Assembly: GCA_964394135.1 (NCBI GenBank)
Contig: CAYMXC010000001.1
Span: forward strand, 1 to 28,713
DNA from: an uncultured Phycisphaerae bacterium
GTDB taxonomy: Bacteria > Planctomycetota > Phycisphaerae > JAAYCJ01
Direction of reading: 5' to 3'
DNA length: 28,713 nucleotides
Numbering within the stretch: the first letter of the stretch is position 1; every line of letters starts with the position of its first letter. A program made the position numbers and the translations under genes. Under the pieces are notes generated by a model that saw nothing but the letters and a program-made list of their open reading frames with translations, was not told the origin of the DNA and did not search any database. This document shows, piece after piece, positions 17,255 through 23,627 of the stretch.

Positions 17255-18151
17255 GACATGTTCTCCCGTTACAACATTGTTACCACTATCATTACCGCTT
17301 GAAACACCTGCGGTATCCGCATCTCCCGCCAACGCGGCGAGAGCAGTTTCAAATTCCTCCACACCGTCGATCAGGCCTATCTTTACAGCCGCTGGCGCAA
17401 GCCATACCTTTCCCGTCGCCAGTTCGGAAACGTCGGCCTTTTTCATACCACGGCCTCTGGTCACGGCATTTACAAAATGATCGGCCATTCCGTCAATGAC
17501 ATCCTGCCACGGCAGAATCTGCTCGTCGGTGATCTTCGCACCGACCACTCCGGTGCCCTTGTGCACGCCGCTGCGGATCACGTGAACCTGTATTCCGGCC
17601 TTCTCGGCCATACCGCTGTAATCGGTCATTACCATATAGGTCCCGATCGATCCGACCACGGCGTTCATCTCCGCCGTAATCCGCTGCGTCTGACTGGCCA
17701 GGTAATAGGCCCCGCTGGCGCCCATCGACTCGATATTGGCCGAAATGGTCTTCCGGCCGCTCTGCCTCACGGCGTAAATCGAATCCGCCGCCCGCTGGAC
17801 TCCGCAAACGGATCCGCCCGGGCTGTTGACCTGCAGCAGGATCGAATGCACGGAATCGAGAGCAACCGCCTCGGCGATCTTCGCCGAGATATCACGGTAG
17901 CTCGTCGCGGTGATTCCGAACCAGTCGTACCATTCCGGTACCGAATCCATCAGGACCCCGGCCACCGGTATGATTGCCACTCCGTTTTGAACCGTCAGCG
18001 TCGCTTGTGCCTTCCTGCCTCCGCGTCCGGCCGCCATCATGGGATTGACCGAGGCATCGATGATCTGCCGGACGAAGGCATTGAGCGCCTTGGGCTCCAT
18101 GATCCAGGGTTCCTTCAGGATTTCGGCCAGTGCCGTCATTGCGTCTTTCAT
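16709..18151 (-). CDS. S49-family capsid maturation protease with C-terminal scaffolding domain (lambda gpC/Nu3-like)
   Basis: VAIIPVAGVL, ILLQVNSPGG, ASGAYYLAS and VGSIG S49 motifs, followed by a coiled-coil C-terminus. Confidence 0.92.
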   Translation of the reverse strand: MKDAMTALAEILKEPWIMEPKALNAFVRQIIDASVNPMMAAGRGGRKAQATLTVQNGVAIIPVAGVLMDSVPEWYDWFGITATSYRDISAKIAEAVALDSVHSILLQVNSPGGSVCGVQRAADSIYAVRQSGRKTISANIESMGASGAYYLASQTQRITAEMNAVVGSIGTYMVMTDYSGMAEKAGIQVHVIRSGVHKGTGVVGAKITDEQILPWQDVIDGMADHFVNAVTRGRGMKKADVSELATGKVWLAPAAVKIGLIDGVEEFETALAALAGDADTAGVSSGNDSGNNVVTGEHVMPEDAKTQVQKPDLEQIKQEARASVLAEEKTRQADIKAAFPNDPAFALEQIAAGVSLQDAKVAYCSVLERRLQEKDARIAELEKQTTADSTETETRPKADANTEQKKPAAGGAAVPFNQTQVNGGSAGDFMAMAHARAKEKNIGITAAMQEIDKENPGMREKWLEGQRKGKKPEPSNQVSQ

Positions 18152-19719
18152 TCCTCATCGTCTCCCGTATCCTCATTGTCGGAGGTATCGGATACGTCCT
18201 TTTCAGGTCCGCTCGACGGTTCCGAACCGCCCGGCCTTCCCGCCGCGCTCGTCTCCGCCTTCAGCCCGGCGAAAATCTGCCAGGGCACCTCTGTTCCGGT
18301 TTCCGTCTTGATCTGTTTAGCGAGGTTGATCGCCTCGGTAACCTCGGCCGCCCTGGCGGCCACCACCTCATCGCGCTCGAGCCCCAGACTCTTGCAGGCA
18401 TGTCCGTGTGTGGAAAATCCGCGTTCGAGTTTATATCCCCACGCCTGGGCCTCCTTCAGTTCGTCCAGCCAGGGAAACACTGGCATGATCCAGTTCCATC
18501 TAATGGGCATATCGGACTTGACCTTAAGTTCCCGGTCCCATTCCATCAGTTTCCATCGCAGTATCGGGTTATGGAATCGGTTGCGAATCAGCTTCTGCCA
18601 GCTTCGGAACGTCTTGTGCGCCTGCTGCAGCACGGCCTTGCACTGGCTGTAATTCGATTTCGTCCAGTCGAGCAGTACGAGTTCCAGCGGGATTCCGAGC
18701 GGCAGGCCCAAAAGTCGCAGAAACATCACGAGCGATTCGGTAAAGTTCTGGCCGGGTATATTCCGCTCCACGCCCTTGATCTCCTCGCCGACATCGCCGT
18801 TGAAGATCGTGGCGTAATCCAGTTCCATCACCCTCGCCGGCTGTTCGCCGGCCTGTTTTTCCGGATCGGTGATCGACTCCGCGTATGCCGCCTCCGCCGA
18901 ATCCTTTCGCGTAACGCTCAGTGCGAGCCTTGCCAGCAGTTGCCAGGCCTGGGCCTCGCTGTCGCAGACGTCGTTGATCCGGTGCAGCATTGGAAACGCC
19001 GCCTCGCAGGGCGGAACGCTACGCAGGGCCGACGGCCGCCGCGGATCGGTAAGGAACAGGAAAAACTCAGGATCGTGACTCGTCGCCGCCGTAATATTGA
19101 TTTCTCCGGATTCGCGATAAGGTGAAACATAATAGCGGATCGGCCGGCCGACCGAATCCGTCTCGATTCCGGTATCGTTTGTCGCTTTTCGGGCGATCTG
19201 TTCGGCCTCGATCAGTTGAATTTTGCCGGATTGATCGAGAATGACACCCGTATCGCCGCACAAAAACACCTCCCGGGCCACCATCTGTTCGGTCTGTTCC
19301 CCCGTAAGGATATTTTTTATTTCGGGATTCTCCCAGAATTCCAGCCATCGCGATTCGATTTCGGCGTTCAGATCCTTGTCCGGCGTCGTCACCTGCAATT
19401 TGAATCCGTCGTCTATGATATGATTGACCGCCTGTTCGATCAGGCCGGTATAGATCCCGTTATCACGGTGAAATTCCCGGCTCTGGTTGATCAAAAGCGG
19501 CCGATCGATCCGCTGATGCAGGTTTCCGGATCCGCCGGTAGCCGTTCGGCCCTCCCGGCCTGCCACGCGTGCGGAATGGTAACCGAGCTGGTTGTAGGAC
19601 CCTTTGGTTTCGACAATATCGAGCGTCTGCCGGCGACGGGTCCGGGCCTTCCCGTTCGATCCCGTATCGGACCGGAACCAGCCCTTTATACCTTTTCTGA
19701 TTGTCGTACCAATGCCCAT
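18148..19719 (-). CDS. Portal protein, lambda family
   Basis: 523 aa; SREFHRDN, FLCGDTG, SNYSQ and W..PVFPWLD..KE.QA motifs; ATGA-coupled to the protease. Confidence 0.92.
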   Translation of the reverse strand: MGIGTTIRKGIKGWFRSDTGSNGKARTRRRQTLDIVETKGSYNQLGYHSARVAGREGRTATGGSGNLHQRIDRPLLINQSREFHRDNGIYTGLIEQAVNHIIDDGFKLQVTTPDKDLNAEIESRWLEFWENPEIKNILTGEQTEQMVAREVFLCGDTGVILDQSGKIQLIEAEQIARKATNDTGIETDSVGRPIRYYVSPYRESGEINITAATSHDPEFFLFLTDPRRPSALRSVPPCEAAFPMLHRINDVCDSEAQAWQLLARLALSVTRKDSAEAAYAESITDPEKQAGEQPARVMELDYATIFNGDVGEEIKGVERNIPGQNFTESLVMFLRLLGLPLGIPLELVLLDWTKSNYSQCKAVLQQAHKTFRSWQKLIRNRFHNPILRWKLMEWDRELKVKSDMPIRWNWIMPVFPWLDELKEAQAWGYKLERGFSTHGHACKSLGLERDEVVAARAAEVTEAINLAKQIKTETGTEVPWQIFAGLKAETSAAGRPGGSEPSSGPEKDVSDTSDNEDTGDDEE

Positions 19720-19732
19720 CTTTTAGAACCTT

Positions 19733-19999
19733 TTAAATGATCCTCGGCACGGCCCGGACAAAATTGCTCCGCCGAACTCCGAATCGTCGAATATAATCCG
19801 ACAATTCCTCCACCTTGGCCTCCAGCGACGTCCAGTTGATCTTTTCATCGCCGCTCTCCGCCGACATCGGTCGATTTACCAGCAGCCAGCGTATCGCCTC
19901 CAGCGCCAACCGGGCCTTTGTTATATCGCCTTCCCAGACCAGGTTGTCGTTATACTGGTTTAACGCGTCCTGCAATGTCGAGCTGCTGCTGAGTGCCAT
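19733..19999 (-). CDS. Small head-completion protein (gpW-like by position)
   Basis: ORF track 19733..20035; ATG 19999 (MALSSSS). Immediately upstream of the portal, as in lambda. Confidence 0.6.
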   Translation of the reverse strand: MALSSSSTLQDALNQYNDNLVWEGDITKARLALEAIRWLLVNRPMSAESGDEKINWTSLEAKVEELSDYIRRFGVRRSNFVRAVPRII

Positions 20000-20061
20000 G
20001 AAAATTTTTATAGATCGGAATTTTCCTGCCGCCAACGTGAAAGTGGTAAAAATGGATCAAA

Positions 20062-20076
20062 TTTTAACTAATTAGT
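20062..20076. repeat. 15-bp direct repeat, copy 1 (TTTTAACTAATTAGT)
   Basis: Identical to 23326-23340. Confidence 0.85.
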
Positions 20077-20090
20077 AGAAATCTTTAGGT

Positions 20091-20136
20091 ACTTTCCGCT
20101 TTTTCGATCCGATCCCGGGCTATTTTGTAAAATTCG
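20091..20136. repeat. 46-bp direct repeat, copy 1 (duplicate of the methyltransferase 3' end)
   Basis: ACTTTCCGCTTTTTCGATCCGATCCCGGGCTATTTTGTAAAATTCG; 2 mismatches versus 22485-22530. Confidence 0.95.
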
Positions 20137-20153
20137 GTAGTGGGCCAGTTTGA
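20136..20153. mobile_element. Single IS1-like terminal inverted repeat end (GGTAGTGGGCCAGTTTGA)
   Basis: Begins GGTAGTG, like IS1 ends (GGTGATG/GGTAATG). Abuts the 46-bp repeat and overlaps the end of the transposase remnant. No partner copy seen. Confidence 0.55.
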
Positions 20154-20269
20154 CTTTTTCTCATTGAACAAGCCAACGATTTTTGAAATTTCCCAAACAT
20201 AATCGAGTACACCCGCACACATTGCTGGCGTAACTCGTAAGGTCTGATGGATACATCAAAGTTAAATAT

Positions 20270-20302
20270 AAAATTATCGAATTATCGAAATTCGATAATT
20301 TT
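20270..20302. promoter_or_regulatory. Palindromic operator candidate upstream of higB
   Basis: AATTATCGAA-A-TTCGATAATT (20280-20300), perfect arms, plus an extra tandem AATTATCG half-site at 20272. Confidence 0.6.
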
Positions 20303-20306
20303 ACAC

Positions 20307-20335
20307 TTGACTTCCACCCAAAATAGGCCGATAAT
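20307..20335 (+). promoter_or_regulatory. Sigma70-type promoter of the island operon
   Basis: TTGACT (20307-20312), 17-nt spacer, GATAAT (20330-20335), 37 nt before the higB ATG. Confidence 0.65.
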
Positions 20336-20372
20336 ATAGCATAAAGAGAGTGAAATGGTTAAGCTTTGACAA

Positions 20373-20672
20373 ATGAAAATAATATTCCACGACAAAGATT
20401 TAGAGCGTCTAGAGATAGATATGAATTATACTCATGATCTTGCGACAGGAATTGTGAAAGCATATCGCAAACGCGTCCAATTTATTCGCGCTGCGATAAA
20501 TGAACAAACATTTTACAGTTGGAAATCACTCCATTTTGAGCGGTTGCAAGGGCAAAGATCACATCAGTTTTCGATGCGATTGAATGATCAATGGCGGCTT
20601 ATTATAGAAATAGCCAATGAGGGCGCAGAAAAAGTTGTGTTTATTATTGATATTGAGGATTATCACAAATGA
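20373..20672 (+). CDS. higB: HigB / RelE-ParE superfamily toxin (killer-protein type)
   Basis: KSLHFERLQG.R..QFSMRLNDQWRLI and IEDYH C-terminus; toxin-first order; ATGA overlap with the antitoxin. Confidence 0.9.
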   Translation: MKIIFHDKDLERLEIDMNYTHDLATGIVKAYRKRVQFIRAAINEQTFYSWKSLHFERLQGQRSHQFSMRLNDQWRLIIEIANEGAEKVVFIIDIEDYHK

Positions 20673-21790
20673 CAGATACACGACCAGCAGAAGTTTTTCC
20701 CCCCGGAGAGTTTATTCGGGAGGAGCTTGAGGAACGAGGCTGGACGCAAGCTGATTTGGCCAAAATCATGGGTCGTACTGTGGCTATGGTCAATGAAATT
20801 ATAACAGGCAAGAGGGGTATTACCCATCGTACGGCTGTTGAACTTGGTGCGGCATTTGGTACAGGTCCAGAACTCTGGATAAATTTGCAGACGGCTTATC
20901 GTCAAGCCACCCCTGCAATAATGAACCAAGACGTACATGATATGGCATCGCTCTATCGGTTGGCACCAATCCGCGATATGATTAAGCGAAACTGGATTCG
21001 CGATGTGTCTAAGCCAGATGAATTACGTTCGGAATTATGCTCTTTTTTTGGAGTAGACAATCTCGACAACCTACCGCACCATGCTATTGCCGCTCGAAAA
21101 TCAAAAGGGCAGAACGAATTAACTCCACAACAAAATGCGTGGTATTACAGAGCGAAAAACATCGCTAGTCATTTGAAAACAGGGCCTTTCAAAGACTCAC
21201 AGCTAGATAATGTCCAGAAAAAGTTGAGAGAGCTTGCGGCTTATATTCCAGAATCACGCAAAGTTTCGCGAGTGTTAGGCGATGCTGGTATTCGTTTTCT
21301 TGTTGTCGAGCCGTTACCAAGTAGCAAGATAGATGGTGCTACGTTTTGGCTTGACTCAACATCGCCAGTAATTGTGTTATCTCTACGATTCGCTAGAATT
21401 GACAATTTTTGGTTTACCTTGATGCATGAATTTATACACCTTAAAAGGCGCGATGCCATTCTCGATCCAAGTCTATTTGGAACACAGGGATGTCAAGAAT
21501 CTGCAATCGAAGAAATAGAACGTATTGTTGATGAAGAAGCAGCTAATGCGCTTATTCCGAATTCAAGTATTGAATCATTCATATTGCGTGTTGCCCCTTA
21601 TTTTTCAAGGGAAAAAATTATTCAATTTTCCTTACGAAATAAGATTCATCCAGGTATCGTTGTTGGACAGCTCCAGCACCGAGGCCAAATTAAGTACGGT
21701 ACATTTCAAGATTTATTGGTTCCAGTTCGTGATGTTGTTGCCAAGGAATCAATTACGGATGGATGGAACAGGACGTTAAATATTGCATAG
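20669..21790 (+). CDS. higA: HigA-type HTH antitoxin fused to an ImmA/IrrE-family Zn metallopeptidase domain
   Basis: N-terminal PPGEFIREELEERGWTQADLA...W.NLQ HTH; C-terminal IDGATFW...RIDNFWFTLMHEFIH (HExxH). Confidence 0.88.
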   Translation: MTDTRPAEVFPPGEFIREELEERGWTQADLAKIMGRTVAMVNEIITGKRGITHRTAVELGAAFGTGPELWINLQTAYRQATPAIMNQDVHDMASLYRLAPIRDMIKRNWIRDVSKPDELRSELCSFFGVDNLDNLPHHAIAARKSKGQNELTPQQNAWYYRAKNIASHLKTGPFKDSQLDNVQKKLRELAAYIPESRKVSRVLGDAGIRFLVVEPLPSSKIDGATFWLDSTSPVIVLSLRFARIDNFWFTLMHEFIHLKRRDAILDPSLFGTQGCQESAIEEIERIVDEEAANALIPNSSIESFILRVAPYFSREKIIQFSLRNKIHPGIVVGQLQHRGQIKYGTFQDLLVPVRDVVAKESITDGWNRTLNIA

Positions 21791-21801
21791 GAGGCAAAAC
21801 C

Positions 21802-22326
21802 ATGCATAGTGCCGCGAAAAGAACAAAAAGCGAGCAGTTACAGAGCATTGTAAATCAGTACATTAAAGAAACAAAGGCGGTACGCATCGACATGCACGAA
21901 GTTGCATCATGGGCAATAAGGAAGAACCTGTGGAGTCCGCAAAAGAAAGATTCCATTAAACAGTGCGCTCATGAATTAGCAAGGGCTGCACGTGATGAAT
22001 TTTTTGAAGACCCCCAAAATCGTAATGTACGCAAAAAGCATGCATTACGCACATATACCATTGAAGATGGAGAGAAGAAACAGCTTACTTTGTGGGTTGA
22101 TATTGATACTGCCTCACGTGCAGACATGCACCTATCCCTACAGCAACGACGGATGTATATTGTTGGCGACTGCAAACAATTGAAGACCGATCTAGATAGC
22201 TATAACCAGAATTACAATCGAGAAACGCCTATACAAATGAGTTTCGATTTTACGGAAGATGTGGAGGAAAGCTTGCTTGGTACGGAATATCCCGAATTCG
22301 CACCAGAAGAGTACATTTCATCCTGA
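21802..22326 (+). CDS. Hypothetical 174-aa protein, third gene of the island operon
   Basis: ORF track start 21763 overlaps higA; ATG 21802 has an AGGAGG RBS fused to the higA stop. Acidic C-terminal tail. Confidence 0.85.
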   Translation: MHSAAKRTKSEQLQSIVNQYIKETKAVRIDMHEVASWAIRKNLWSPQKKDSIKQCAHELARAARDEFFEDPQNRNVRKKHALRTYTIEDGEKKQLTLWVDIDTASRADMHLSLQQRRMYIVGDCKQLKTDLDSYNQNYNRETPIQMSFDFTEDVEESLLGTEYPEFAPEEYISS

Positions 22327-22484
22327 GGTACTCCATTTTATTCTTGCAGCTTTTTGAGATATTGCTTTTCGGTCTTTGGCAGAAAGTTTTTTTGCTTTCG
22401 CCTTGCCGCTTTTAAGCCCATTAATACGGCCAAAGGCAACTGTGGCGGGATTCTTTTTTGAATCGTCCTGTGGTTGATCTATCC
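22318..22484 (-). pseudogene. N-terminally truncated small basic protein (KNPAxVAxGR..GLK.GKA.AKKL..K.R..I..KAA..KW type)
   Basis: The recognisable C-terminal half begins exactly at the edge of the 46-bp repeat; no own start codon or RBS. The ORF-track N-terminus is out-of-frame methyltransferase sequence. Confidence 0.55.
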
Positions 22485-23324
22485 ACTTTCCGCTTTTTCG
22501 ATCCGATCCCGGGCTATTTTGCAGAATTCGCGATCGCGTTCCATTCCGATGAAGTTCCTGCCGAGCATCTTGCATGCGACTCCCGTTGTTCCTGATCCCA
22601 TGAACGGATCCAGGACCAGGTCGCCTTCGCACGTGAATGTCTTTACGAGCCAGAGAATCAGCTTTAAGGGCTTCTGCGTCGGATGTTTGCTCTTTTCATC
22701 GCCGGCACCGGTTATGGATGGGACATCCAGAACATCCACGGGATACCGCTTTCCATCATTTACCGTTGTGGTCGGCTTGTGATTTCGATACAGGGGCGTA
22801 TCGTGGCTTCTTTGCCGACAATATGGCCGGCCGGCCGTGAATTGCGGATTATAGGTTGGAAGCTGTTTGTAAAATATCCCGATATTCTCATGGATCCGCA
22901 TCGGCATCTTTTTGGCATTCAGATACCCCACAGGCCGGCTCTTTCGCCAGATGATTTCATATCGGAAATATTTTCGAGCCGCGTTGACCAGATCGGTGAA
23001 AAAGGGCTGCTGGCCGAAAACGCAGATCGCGGCGTTTTGTTTGGTGATTTCGAAAAACCGGCCCATGTAATTACTCGGAGACAGCGGCACGTCCCAATCG
23101 CAGTCGGTGATTCCATACGGCGGATCGGTGATAATGGCATCGACGGTTCCGGCCGGAATATTTCCCAAAAACTCCAGGCAATCCCCGCAATACAGCGTTG
23201 TCTTTTCCACGGTGATCGTCCATTTAAAATAAATCAAAGTTGTCGTATCGTGATCACTTTTTCCTATCCCGATCATCCGTAAAAAACAAGCGATTTGCCG
23301 CGTTTCTTCGTGAAACCCGCTCAT
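22479..23324 (-). CDS. Orphan site-specific DNA methyltransferase, N6-adenine/N4-cytosine beta class
   Basis: LYCGDCL, IITDPPY (motif IV), HPTQKP, VLDPFMGSGTTG (motif I). True start may be GTG 23210. No cognate restriction endonuclease in the window. Confidence 0.93.
   Translation of the reverse strand: MSGFHEETRQIACFLRMIGIGKSDHDTTTLIYFKWTITVEKTTLYCGDCLEFLGNIPAGTVDAIITDPPYGITDCDWDVPLSPSNYMGRFFEITKQNAAICVFGQQPFFTDLVNAARKYFRYEIIWRKSRPVGYLNAKKMPMRIHENIGIFYKQLPTYNPQFTAGRPYCRQRSHDTPLYRNHKPTTTVNDGKRYPVDVLDVPSITGAGDEKSKHPTQKPLKLILWLVKTFTCEGDLVLDPFMGSGTTGVACKMLGRNFIGMERDREFCKIARDRIEKAESG
22485..22530. repeat. 46-bp direct repeat, copy 2 (functional methyltransferase 3' end)
   Basis: ACTTTCCGCTTTTTCGATCCGATCCCGGGCTATTTTGCAGAATTCG. 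Confidence 0.95.
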
Positions 23325-23346
23325 TTTTTAACTAATTAGTTAAAAA
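23325..23346. repeat. Perfect 22-bp palindrome TTTTTAACTAATTAGTTAAAAA containing copy 2 of the 15-bp direct repeat
   Basis: Self-reverse-complementary; occupies the gap between the zinc-finger stop and the methyltransferase ORF. Confidence 0.9.
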
Positions 23347-23349
23347 TTG

Positions 23350-23604
23350 CTATTTGACCGGCTCGCCATGCACCGCATATTTCCATCGGCAGACGGTCAC
23401 CTGGCACTGGCGATATTGCAGCTCGCCATATTCCCCGGTCCGGCGTGTATTGACGGATCCGCACCGCGGGCATTTGCTCTTGGTTGGAAATGCATAGACA
23501 ACCTCGGATTTATCTTTTTCGACGGTTTGAACATTTTGAACACTTTGAACACTGGTTTGTGTTTTCGTACTTGTTTTGTTCGTTTTGACCATTTCATTCT
23601 CCAT
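23350..23604 (-). CDS. Ogr/Delta-like zinc-finger protein (putative late-gene activator)
   Basis: CPRCGS...YRQCQ..VC.WKY four-Cys pattern, 84 aa, directly after terL. Confidence 0.55.
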   Translation of the reverse strand: MENEMVKTNKTSTKTQTSVQSVQNVQTVEKDKSEVVYAFPTKSKCPRCGSVNTRRTGEYGELQYRQCQVTVCRWKYAVHGEPVK

Positions 23605-23627
23605 TCATTTTTTGGGGGTTTATATAA

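Larger units (their letters stand above)
20085..20252 (-). pseudogene. IS1-family-like transposase C-terminal remnant fused in frame to a duplicated methyltransferase C-terminus
   Basis: Manual translation: IHQTLRVTPAMCAGVLDYVWEISKIVGLFNEKKSNWPTT-EFYKIARDRIEKAEST*. Upstream codons are broken by stops or a frameshift. The (I)H.TLRVTPAM.AG...W motif is recalled from IS1-family DDE transposases. Confidence 0.65.

Noticed and set aside
21763-21801. Longer N-terminus for the orphan gene given in the ORF track
   Set aside because: It overlaps the higA end; the AGGAGG RBS supports ATG 21802.
20091-22530. 46-bp repeats as attL/attR or as a simple target-site duplication
   Set aside because: No integrase in the island, the repeat is far longer than IS1 duplications and has two mismatches, and only one IS-like end is present.
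22318-22632. 104-aa ORF as an intact gene
   Set aside because: Its first half is an alternative frame of the methyltransferase; only the part left of 22484 looks protein-like, so it is treated as a truncated gene.
23325-23346. Palindrome as a XerCD dif/pdif site
   Set aside because: Only loose resemblance to the XerD arm (TTATGTTAAAT) and no XerC-like arm; not supportable by eye.
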